Shown: positions 27,536 through 35,568 of the stretch, piece after piece
Layout: every line of letters starts with the position of its first letter
How positions within the stretch are numbered: the stretch's first letter is position 1
DNA from: a virus
Taxonomy: Duplodnaviria > Caudoviricetes
Virus record (IMG/VR): IMGVR_UViG_3300021082_000012
Location: 1-43,473 of that record
DNA: 43,473 nt
Strand: one strand, 5' to 3'
Notes under the pieces: generated by a model
The model's database searches: none
What the model saw: the letters and a program-made list of their open reading frames with translations, nothing else
Told to the model about the DNA's origin: nothing
Program-made: the position numbers and the translations under genes

Positions 27536-27742
27536 ATGAACGAAGCAACGACCATCGCCTTCTCCACCCCCTGGGAACTCTGCACCGCAGAGCAACGCGC
27601 CCTGCGCGAGGCTCACCTTCCCACACTCGCGCCAATCGAGGATCGCGACGACTATCTCGTCAATCGTTTTAAGGCTGGCTTGCCCATGTCAATTTATGAC
27701 AAGCGCCAAGCCCGCAGGATTATGAGAGAGAGGGGCATCTAA
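27536..27742 (+). CDS. Hypothetical early protein
   Basis: ATG 27536 after AGGAG; 68 aa. Confidence 0.55.
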   Translation: MNEATTIAFSTPWELCTAEQRALREAHLPTLAPIEDRDDYLVNRFKAGLPMSIYDKRQARRIMRERGI

Positions 27743-27743
27743 C

Positions 27744-28667
27744 ATGATCGATTTTCCTGAGAACGATGACCTCGACGCCATCCTGTCCCAGCCGGGGCAG
27801 GCCCCCGCTGCCATCAAGCAGCCGCCTGCGTCTTACGCCTTCACTGAAAGCTGCCCCAAGTGCCGTGGCACCGGCAGCTTCATCAGCTACTCTGGCCGCA
27901 ACCTCGGCCCGTGCTTCGCCTGCAAGGGTGAAGGCAGCCGCTCGTTCGCCACCTCGCGCAATGCGCGCAACAAGGCCGCCGCCAAGCGCGAAGAGAAGCG
28001 TGAGGCGAAGGCCCAGGAGGCAATGGCGTGGCGCGAGACGCACAAGGACGTGCTGGCGTGGCTCGACAGCTCGGCCAAGCGCAATGCGGAGCGCAACGGC
28101 ACCTTCACCTTCCCGGCGAGCCTGCTCGACGCCGTCAATCAGTACGGCATGCTGACTGAGAACCAGTTGGCTGCCGCGCAGCGCCTGATGGCGAAAGACG
28201 AAGAGCGCAAGGCGGAATGGTCCGCGAAGCGTGAGGCCGCAGCTCCTGCCGCTGACGTGACGGCGCTGGAGACGGCGTTCGCGGTTGCGCGTGAGCGCGC
28301 CAAGCTGCCGGGTGCGAAAGGCATCTTCACCAAGCCGCTGAAGCTGACACACGATGGCGTGTCGGTCGCCATCTCCTCGCCCAAGCCCGGCAGCAAGTGG
28401 GACGGCATGCTGTTCGTGCGTGACGCCAAGGATGACGAGCGCAAGCTCGGCTATTTCAAGGGCGGCAAGTTCTTCCGCCAGGGTGCCGCCACTGATGCGG
28501 AGGCCGCCGCTGTGCTGGCGGTCGCCGCCACGCCGCTGGAGGCCGTCAAGGCCTACGCCAAGGCGTGGTCTGAGTGCGGCATCTGCGGTCGCATGCTGCT
28601 GAAGGCCGAGAGCATCGAGGCCGGGATCGGCCCCATCTGCGCTGGCAAGTATGGGTGGGGCCTATGA
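27744..28667 (+). CDS. Zn-finger / DUF6011-like protein
   Basis: CPKCRGTG...CFACKGEG N-terminus; CGICGR.L...ESI..GIGPIC C-terminus. Confidence 0.75.
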   Translation: MIDFPENDDLDAILSQPGQAPAAIKQPPASYAFTESCPKCRGTGSFISYSGRNLGPCFACKGEGSRSFATSRNARNKAAAKREEKREAKAQEAMAWRETHKDVLAWLDSSAKRNAERNGTFTFPASLLDAVNQYGMLTENQLAAAQRLMAKDEERKAEWSAKREAAAPAADVTALETAFAVARERAKLPGAKGIFTKPLKLTHDGVSVAISSPKPGSKWDGMLFVRDAKDDERKLGYFKGGKFFRQGAATDAEAAAVLAVAATPLEAVKAYAKAWSECGICGRMLLKAESIEAGIGPICAGKYGWGL

Positions 28668-28990
28668 GCGGCCCCACCACCCTCAACATGATCATCCTCG
28701 ATCCCCAGTCCTCGCCAGAGGATTGGGGGTTGATCCTCGGCATGATCGATCCCGGCGACCCGCGCCCGGCCAGGGAGCAGCTCAATGCGGGCTACCAGCC
28801 TTCCGGCTGGCACCCGCAGGATGGCTTCAAGTTCAACCCCAAGACCGGCCTCATGAGCTATCCCGGCGACCCGCCGCTGTCGCCGCTGTCGGCCATCCCG
28901 CTGCGCCGCGAGATGATCGTGCTGTACCCGTACAGCTACGTCGCCATCGTCCAGCCTGACGGCGCGTTTGAGATCGCGAGGATGGACTGA
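28664..28990 (+). CDS. Hypothetical protein
   Basis: ATGA-coupled; YPGDPPL.P...VAIVQPDG.FEIARMD. Confidence 0.6.
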   Translation: MSGPTTLNMIILDPQSSPEDWGLILGMIDPGDPRPAREQLNAGYQPSGWHPQDGFKFNPKTGLMSYPGDPPLSPLSAIPLRREMIVLYPYSYVAIVQPDGAFEIARMD

Positions 28991-29003
28991 CAATTTGTCT
29001 GGA

Positions 29004-29059
29004 TTGACAGGCTGTCTGCCTTCTGATAGAATGCTCCGGTTCATCACAACTGGAGCATT
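29004..29059 (+). promoter_or_regulatory. Sigma70-type promoter P4
   Basis: TTGACA(29004)-17-TAGAAT(29027); AATGCTCCGGTT-CATCAC-AACTGGAGCATT. Confidence 0.75.
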
Positions 29060-29064
29060 TTTCT

Positions 29065-29355
29065 ATGTCTGAAAAACCTAGCCTACGCGACCGCAGGCGC
29101 AAGGAGGCGCGTGATGCGCTCTACCGTGCGCTGGAGCGGCGCGACCGATTGATTGATGCGCTGACGCGTAACAATCTGCATATCAAGAAATTGAAGCAGA
29201 CGCTCAAGCGTCTCAACATCATCGATGACATCAAGGTGTCGGCGGTGCGCGCCTCGGTGGCGGAAGGCAAAGTGCTTGAGCCGCTGGAGATCGAGGTGGG
29301 CATTGCTGACCTCAACGATGACATCCCTGACCTGACGGGTGCGTCATGCAAGTAA
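29065..29355 (+). CDS. Hypothetical protein
   Basis: 96 aa directly behind P4. Confidence 0.55.
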   Translation: MSEKPSLRDRRRKEARDALYRALERRDRLIDALTRNNLHIKKLKQTLKRLNIIDDIKVSAVRASVAEGKVLEPLEIEVGIADLNDDIPDLTGASCK

Positions 29356-29792
29356 TCATCACAGACGGCGGTCGCGCATCCAGCGCCCGCTGGCGCGGCA
29401 AGGCCAAGGGTGACTGCGTCACCCGCGCCATCGCCATCGTCACGGGCCGGTCCTACTGCGAGGTCTACGACCGCCTCGCCACCGGCAACGCCACCCAGCG
29501 CCGGTCCAAGCGCACCGGCAAGCGTGGCATGACGGCAGACCACGGCATCAATACCAATCGCAAGTGGTTTAGGGACTACATGGCTGAGCTGGGCTTTGTC
29601 TGGGTTCCCATCATGGGCATCGGCACCGGCTGCAAGGTGCATATGCGCGACGGCGAGCTGCCAAATGGCAGGCTGGTTGTGTCGCTCAGCAAACACTACA
29701 GCGCCGTGATCGACGGCGTGGTGTTCGACACCCATGACCCGTGCCGGGGCGGAACCCGCTGCTGCTACGGCTATTGGAGGCTTGATCGATGA
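29346..29792 (+). CDS. Hypothetical protein, possible papain-like Cys-His-Asp fold
   Basis: GDCVTRAIAI...SKHYSAVIDGVVFDTHD. Confidence 0.55.
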   Translation: MQVIITDGGRASSARWRGKAKGDCVTRAIAIVTGRSYCEVYDRLATGNATQRRSKRTGKRGMTADHGINTNRKWFRDYMAELGFVWVPIMGIGTGCKVHMRDGELPNGRLVVSLSKHYSAVIDGVVFDTHDPCRGGTRCCYGYWRLDR

Positions 29793-29986
29793 CAGAGGAG
29801 GAAGAAAAATTACGCGGGCTGATGAAGCTCGATGCTAGTGTGTACCGCGCTCGCAATCAGATCGCGGAGAAGACTGACCCTTTGTCAGAGAAGGGTCAGA
29901 GGAACGCAGCCCGTGCGGCTGCGAAGAAGGCGGCCAAAGCTAAAGTTGAACCAAGCGAACCACCCACAGAGGAACCACAACCATGA
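29789..29986 (+). CDS. Hypothetical protein
   Basis: 65 aa, ATGA-coupled at both ends. Confidence 0.45.
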   Translation: MTEEEEKLRGLMKLDASVYRARNQIAEKTDPLSEKGQRNAARAAAKKAAKAKVEPSEPPTEEPQP

Positions 29987-30735
29987 GACTGTTACTTGGC
30001 GCAGCTCTCGCTGCGTCGTTGCTTGCGCTACCGGCGCAAGCTGACGTGATACTCGGCGGCCAGAACTGGTCGTTTGCCGGTGTCGATAACCTAACGCTGA
30101 CACCGGCACCGCCACCCGGTAATCAGCCGCTTAATTCGCCATGTGTGATCTGCGGCGATAACCAGCCGCAGCAGCAGGCCGATTTCGGCTACACCAACTT
30201 TCATAACACCGGGCAGCCGGGTCAGGATTTGCGCTACTTCTCGACCAACGTGTCGGGCGGCGGCGACCCTGGCCTCGACACTGTCGGCACCGGCTATGAC
30301 GGCTCGTTCCTGCGAGCCTTCCTGCTTGCCAACGGCAGCCCTAACCTGACGTTCTCCATCGGCATCGATGTTAACGACACCAACGTGCCGCAGACCTTGG
30401 AGAGCTTTTTCCTCCTCAATCTTTCCACCCACACGGTTCTGGCAGTGTACTCGCTGGGACCGGGCGGCACTCCGCTGGTTAATAGCAGCAACGGCACCGG
30501 CTTCCCTGATTGGACCCTGTCGGGCTTCAACATCACGCCGGGCGTCGATATCTCGGCTGGCGATAAGTTGATCTTCTACGCTCGCCTGTCTGGTGCCAAC
30601 GATGGCCCGGATAGCTTCTTCCTCGTTCCCAACCAAGTTGCCGTCCCTGGCCCAATTGCCGGTGCCGGTATCCCTGGTTTGGCAAGCCTGATGTTGCTGT
30701 GGATGCATCGCCGCCGTCGCAACCGGACGGCGTAA
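29983..30735 (+). CDS. PEP-CTERM-like (VPGP) sorting-signal surface protein
   Basis: Signal peptide ending AQA; Lys-poor Gly/Asn/Thr-rich body; C-terminal VPGPIAGAGIPGL-hydrophobic-RRRR. Confidence 0.8.
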   Translation: MRLLLGAALAASLLALPAQADVILGGQNWSFAGVDNLTLTPAPPPGNQPLNSPCVICGDNQPQQQADFGYTNFHNTGQPGQDLRYFSTNVSGGGDPGLDTVGTGYDGSFLRAFLLANGSPNLTFSIGIDVNDTNVPQTLESFFLLNLSTHTVLAVYSLGPGGTPLVNSSNGTGFPDWTLSGFNITPGVDISAGDKLIFYARLSGANDGPDSFFLVPNQVAVPGPIAGAGIPGLASLMLLWMHRRRRNRTA

Positions 30736-30742
30736 ACGAGAA

Positions 30743-30778
30743 CACCCGGCAGGGGAGGGCCTCCTCTGCCGGGTGCTT
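30743..30778. terminator. Hairpin at convergence of early and late transcription
   Basis: cacccggcag...ctgccgggtg arms right after the PEP-CTERM stop. Confidence 0.55.
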
Positions 30779-30954
30779 ACTCTGGGACACAACGCTGACG
30801 CACTTCGTCTGCCCTTGCTCGTCCATCACAACGAAGCGGCGGAAACATAGGGCCGGGGCGCAGCTTCGTCAAATCGAGGCGATGTACGACAGGGCCAGAC
30901 AGAACAGGGTGACGATGATGACGCCCAGGAGGCAGATGCCCAGGTCGATCCGCG

Positions 30955-31254
30955 TCATGGCCGGTTAGTGTCGGGATCAATATCCTCGTCGTCATCCGAC
31001 ATCAGCACCCCAACGCCATTGACCGTTATCTGGATATCCACGCCGTCAGGCACGGTCAGCGCAATCTCGATGCGCGGCACCAGTGGCTTCACCACCTCGG
31101 AGCTGAGACTGAAAATATCCTGCGGCGGCTTGGGCATATTTTTTTCCGTTCGTAGTTGCTCGATCTCGCTTATCGCTTCGCGCACAGTCGTGTGCCAGCC
31201 GCACTCGTCATAATCATTCAAAACCGTATACAGCCTTTTAACAATGTCGGTCAC
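30955..31254 (-). CDS. Hypothetical protein (may also start at ATG 31137)
   Basis: GTG-start TDIVKRL...EIEQLR in frame with MPKPPQ...IQITVNG. Confidence 0.4.
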   Translation of the reverse strand: MTDIVKRLYTVLNDYDECGWHTTVREAISEIEQLRTEKNMPKPPQDIFSLSSEVVKPLVPRIEIALTVPDGVDIQITVNGVGVLMSDDDEDIDPDTNRP

Positions 31255-31264
31255 AGGCTTGCGC

Positions 31265-31447
31265 TCATCTCCTGATGGTGCAGCGTTCCATCTGGATAAG
31301 GTTTCGCGCCAGTGCGCGGCAGGCGGTTTCGGCATTGATGGCATCTATTTCGTATCGGCTGTAGGTGTAGGGCCGCTCGGTCACTGTCGTCACGATACAG
31401 CCGGATAGCAGGATGGCGAACAACGCCAGGGTGATGACGCTAGGCAT
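31265..31447 (-). CDS. Small lipoprotein (spanin-like position)
   Basis: Lipobox LLSGC after hydrophobic N-terminus. Confidence 0.5.
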   Translation of the reverse strand: MPSVITLALFAILLSGCIVTTVTERPYTYSRYEIDAINAETACRALARNLIQMERCTIRR

Positions 31448-31613
31448 GGATCACAAACCCGAAAGCATGCCAGCCAAGTAGAAACAGCAACACGAAGAAC
31501 AGCAAGTTGCTGGCGTGGATGGCCCAGGGGAATTGTCCCGGCGAGTAGGTGTTGGTGACCCAGCTAAAGAACCACAGCACCATCAGAACCCAAAACAGTA
31601 AACCTATCGACAT
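31440..31613 (-). CDS. Small two-TM membrane protein (holin candidate)
   Basis: Two hydrophobic segments in 57 aa; GAGGAG RBS. Confidence 0.55.
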   Translation of the reverse strand: MSIGLLFWVLMVLWFFSWVTNTYSPGQFPWAIHASNLLFFVLLFLLGWHAFGFVIHA

Positions 31614-31615
31614 GG

Positions 31616-31819
31616 CTAGCTCCTCTTGCAAGCCTGGATGAGCTGCGTGATTAGCTCGCTGTTGGCCTTGTCACGCGCACTGGCGTTGCTCGCCACGTCT
31701 GACATCAGCATTGTAACAAAAACCAGAAAGGCGATGTTGACCATCAACAGCGCAATGGCGATGGGATGCCCGGTCATCGAGGCGACGGCAGCCTTCAGGG
31801 CTTCGCCAATCGGCATCAT
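31616..31819 (-). CDS. Small single-TM membrane protein
   Basis: PIAIALLMVNIAFLVFV followed by a helical tail; after the last tail gene. Confidence 0.55.
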   Translation of the reverse strand: MMPIGEALKAAVASMTGHPIAIALLMVNIAFLVFVTMLMSDVASNASARDKANSELITQLIQACKRS

Positions 31820-33358
31820 TCACGCAGCCTCTAGCGCCTCTAGGCGTTCCTTCAATTCTTTCACCGCGTTGATCAAGGCAAACACCAGCTCGTTGGTGTC
31901 GAGGCCGCGCAAGTCGTTGACCGGCGCGCCGTCGATGTAGCCGTTGCTCTTGCTGACCATCTCCGGGAATATCGCTTCGATGTCCTGCGCGATAAGCCCG
32001 GCGAACTTCTTCCCGGCCTTGGCTGGCGTGGCATGCAAGCTGTTTGGATAGGGAACGCTGGGCACTTCTCTTGAGTAGTCTTCCTGGCCAATAAAATTCG
32101 ATGGCGGTTTGTCTGTGTCGTTGCCCTTGAAGGTGTAAACCACCGGCTGCAACTGCGCGATCTCTTCCAGCCCGCGTGTGTAATTGCCTTCGACGTTTTT
32201 GATGCGAGCGTCTGAATTGTCGATCCACCCGCCGCCGCCGGGCTTGTAGGCCTGCCCGTAACAAGTGAAGTTACCGTCAGTCTGAACGCGAAGGCAAAGC
32301 CCGGCAGGGCCGTTGGAGCGCAGATGAAGATGGCCGTCGCCGCTGCTTGAATAAACATCTGTGCCAGCGTTAAATTGAACCTTACGAGAGCCAGTCTCGT
32401 CTATCCATACAGAAAAAGCTGGATCAGCTATATTACCCCAAGACTTGGCGTAGTTATTTCCTACGTTGTCGGTAAAGCCGATAGCAGCCGTAAAACCATT
32501 ATTGAATTGATACAGCCGGTCACCCTGCATCCCCCAATATCTTTGCCAGCCGGTTGTAGTGTCGCGGAACATGAGGTGCCATGATGTCATGGCAAGAACC
32601 AGTTGCCCGCTCATGGTGTCGCCGGTTCGCGTCACCTTATTGTTTATTGATCCGCTCAACGATGCCGACAGTGCCGCATCTGCGGCATCGACATAGTCCT
32701 TGCGAACTGCGTTGGCGGCGGCAGGATTGGTTGGCACCGACAGATGCCCGGTCATTGTGTCGCCAGCCTTGGCGACCCTGAGAGCGTCGGCGGCGTCAAC
32801 GTAGTCTCTACGCACGGCGTTGTCGGCTGCCGGTGTGATGGGCAGCGACAAGTGTCCGGTCATTACATCGCCAGCGACGTTGACAAAATCTTTTTCGATC
32901 TCGGCTTTCGGGCCAGCTTGCAGCACCCACGCGCTCCAAGTACCGGCGATTTTCTGGCGAGTATATTTTTGGCTGGTTGGTGCCGCCGCCGTGCCTTCAT
33001 ACGAGCGGGCCTCGATGGTCATGTAGGCTGGATCGGAGTAGGGCAGGCAGACGCCGGAAAACCTCGACGCGGCGTCCGGTGCCAATGTCGCGCCGGGCGC
33101 TGACCAGAACGATCCGGCGATGAACGGAAAACTGTCGTAGTTATCGACAAGCTGACCGGCAAATTCGCCGCTCAGCGCAATCATTGCGTCACGCTTGTTG
33201 GTAGCACCCGTGCCGCCAGCAACGATGGGGCGCGGCGTGTTCAGGTCTTGCTCCAAGTCGCGCAGGAAGCCGTTGTATGGCGTTGAGTAGACCGGCGTAT
33301 CCGGCACCCCATCGGTGCCGCCGGGGACGCTGTAGGTGTATGCGCCGTCGCGTGGCAT
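31820..33358 (-). CDS. Tail fibre/spike with C-terminal S74-type intramolecular chaperone
   Basis: MPRDG..TYSVP N-terminal anchor, three GD.M[TS]G.L repeats, SDARIK..., GLIAQDIE.IFPEMV, LINAVKEL. Confidence 0.85.
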   Translation of the reverse strand: MPRDGAYTYSVPGGTDGVPDTPVYSTPYNGFLRDLEQDLNTPRPIVAGGTGATNKRDAMIALSGEFAGQLVDNYDSFPFIAGSFWSAPGATLAPDAASRFSGVCLPYSDPAYMTIEARSYEGTAAAPTSQKYTRQKIAGTWSAWVLQAGPKAEIEKDFVNVAGDVMTGHLSLPITPAADNAVRRDYVDAADALRVAKAGDTMTGHLSVPTNPAAANAVRKDYVDAADAALSASLSGSINNKVTRTGDTMSGQLVLAMTSWHLMFRDTTTGWQRYWGMQGDRLYQFNNGFTAAIGFTDNVGNNYAKSWGNIADPAFSVWIDETGSRKVQFNAGTDVYSSSGDGHLHLRSNGPAGLCLRVQTDGNFTCYGQAYKPGGGGWIDNSDARIKNVEGNYTRGLEEIAQLQPVVYTFKGNDTDKPPSNFIGQEDYSREVPSVPYPNSLHATPAKAGKKFAGLIAQDIEAIFPEMVSKSNGYIDGAPVNDLRGLDTNELVFALINAVKELKERLEALEAA

Positions 33359-33367
33359 TAGCTTCTC

Positions 33368-35473
33368 CTACGGATTGATGCGGACACTGCCGGTCCAGGG
33401 ATTGACGCCACGTCTGCGTAGATCGAAGGCGTCGAGCCGCTCCATTATCTGTCGCACTGCGTCGGGGTCACGCTCCATCAGTGCCCTGGCGATGGCGGTA
33501 CGCTGCGCCGCACTCTCGCCTGACCCCAGGGCGTGGCCGATACGCCCCAGGCTGCCGACTGCCGCCACCGGGTTGCCGCTGAGCGCCGCTGACGCCAGCC
33601 CAAGCACCTCGGTGCCGCCGGGACCGGCGGCGACATCGGCAAGGTTCTCGGCAGTCTGCGAGCCGCCCAGCGCCGCGTTCGATCCCTTCCGCATTGTCTC
33701 TTCGCGGTTGAGGAACTGACGAAGCTGATCCGGCTGCTCGACGCCGCGAACTCGGTTGCGCGGTCCCTGGTACAGCGACAGTTCGGCCAGCTCGTTTGCG
33801 CCCTTCTCGGATTTCTCGCGGAGCTGCGCCGGGATGATGCCGCTGCGTTCCAGCGGCTCCAGTGTCTTGTCGGCGTAGCCAATGCGGATGCCTTGCTTCT
33901 CCGGGTCTGGCGCTCCGCGAAACGTCTGGAGGTTGTCCTCGTAGCGTCCGCTGCGCGCCATGTCGCGCCCGGTATTCACTGCTTCGCGCACCTCCATCGG
34001 CCCGCGATACAGACCACGCGCTGTTGCGTAGTCCGGGTTCAGCGCGTCCATGTTTTCGAGCAGGCGGTTTTTCATGATCACCAGGGAGCGCCCCTCGGCG
34101 TTGACGCGCCCGGTGACGGGATCGGTGTGGCCCTCGATCAGGCGGTCGAGGCCCACCTTCAGCGTGTGCAGCGTCTTGGTATTCGGCACACCGCTGATGA
34201 TGGGGTCGCCAGCCTCGTTGAAGCCGGTGATGGCGGCGTCGGTTGCCTTGAACGGGACGCCGCTGCCTGCCGCCTCCTGCTGCTGGATGCGGACGCCTGC
34301 GGCGAGGCCCTTCTTGGCGACATCGGTGTCGAGTATCTCTTGGATGGCGTTATTCCACACGGGACCGGAATGCTCGGCGCGCCGGTAGTACGGCCCGGCC
34401 TCGCGGCCAGCCTGCTCGATCAGCGCCTCCTGCGCCTGCTTGGCGGTGCCTTGCACACCCAGCGCCTTGCTGATCTCGTTCCTGATCCGCGTCGTCGCAT
34501 TGAGGTCGCGGTTAGCCAGGAAATCGGTGATCTCTTCACGCGCCTCGCCCGGCAGCTTGGCGATGCCAGCAACCTTGCGGTGGCCTGCGTGGCCAATGGC
34601 GTCGGCTATCGTGTAGTCGGTCTGGCCTGCGGCATGCGCGTCGGCGATGCGCTTGCTGATCTCTGCCGTCGTCAGGCCGCTGTCGCGCACCGCCTTGTTG
34701 ACTTGCTCGGTGGCGACACTGTCGGGGCTACGCATGCGCGGCATCTGGAAGGCTCGCGCCACCGGCTTGACCAGCGTGTCGAACGCCACCGGTAACGCCG
34801 CACCCAAGGTGCCGCCAACGCCAGCGCCGACAACGCCCTTCTCGGTGCTTTCCTTCAGGCCCTCGCCTTCGCCAAAGCCCAACGTGCCGCCCATGCCTGC
34901 GCCCTTGAGGAAATTGGCGCTGGTATTGGCGACACCCGCAGGAATGGTCTTGGCAGGCAGGCCCAGGGCTGCCGGGACGGTCTGCGCTACGGCTCTACTG
35001 CCACCGGCAATAGCGCCGCCAACGCTGCCTACGTTGCCGGTGAACTCGGCCAAGCCCCCGCCAAAGCCTGCGGTCGAGCGGTCGAGCGCCTCGTTCTGCA
35101 CACCCTGGTAGGCCTTGTTGTACTTGTAGGCCTCGGTGGGATCGAGGGTGCCGCGCCGGATCATCTCCAGCGGCACTTGTGCGCCTGCCGATATTTCGTC
35201 AGCCCAGCCAAAGCCGCCGCCACGCGCAGCGCGCTGGCTGTAGTCGTTGAAGCCGCCCAGCAGGCCGGGAACGCCACCCGGCACTGGCGCGCCAATCTTC
35301 AGCAGCCTGTTGTATTCCGCCAGCGCCGCCTTGCGGTACGGGTCTTCCGGCGGCGGCGGCGTGGTATTGGTGTCGCCGCTGCGCTCGGTCGAGGGCTTGA
35401 ACGCCGCCCACGGGTCGTCACGGGTGACCGCTATCGGGTTGGAGGCTTCAAACTGATCCCACTCGCTGGCCAT
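33368..35473 (-). CDS. Putative DNA ejection / internal virion protein
   Basis: 701 aa Gly/Ala-rich N-half (GFGWADEI, GFGEGEG), helical C-half with GSQTA; last of three large genes before the fibre. Confidence 0.6.
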   Translation of the reverse strand: MASEWDQFEASNPIAVTRDDPWAAFKPSTERSGDTNTTPPPPEDPYRKAALAEYNRLLKIGAPVPGGVPGLLGGFNDYSQRAARGGGFGWADEISAGAQVPLEMIRRGTLDPTEAYKYNKAYQGVQNEALDRSTAGFGGGLAEFTGNVGSVGGAIAGGSRAVAQTVPAALGLPAKTIPAGVANTSANFLKGAGMGGTLGFGEGEGLKESTEKGVVGAGVGGTLGAALPVAFDTLVKPVARAFQMPRMRSPDSVATEQVNKAVRDSGLTTAEISKRIADAHAAGQTDYTIADAIGHAGHRKVAGIAKLPGEAREEITDFLANRDLNATTRIRNEISKALGVQGTAKQAQEALIEQAGREAGPYYRRAEHSGPVWNNAIQEILDTDVAKKGLAAGVRIQQQEAAGSGVPFKATDAAITGFNEAGDPIISGVPNTKTLHTLKVGLDRLIEGHTDPVTGRVNAEGRSLVIMKNRLLENMDALNPDYATARGLYRGPMEVREAVNTGRDMARSGRYEDNLQTFRGAPDPEKQGIRIGYADKTLEPLERSGIIPAQLREKSEKGANELAELSLYQGPRNRVRGVEQPDQLRQFLNREETMRKGSNAALGGSQTAENLADVAAGPGGTEVLGLASAALSGNPVAAVGSLGRIGHALGSGESAAQRTAIARALMERDPDAVRQIMERLDAFDLRRRGVNPWTGSVRINP

Positions 35474-35568
35474 CAGCGCACCTTCCGCTTTGGCACGATC
35501 AGCTCTTCACCCGTGTCGGGCCGGATGACGCGCTGGCCCGGCGGCAGCAGCAGCGCCTCGCTGCGTTC

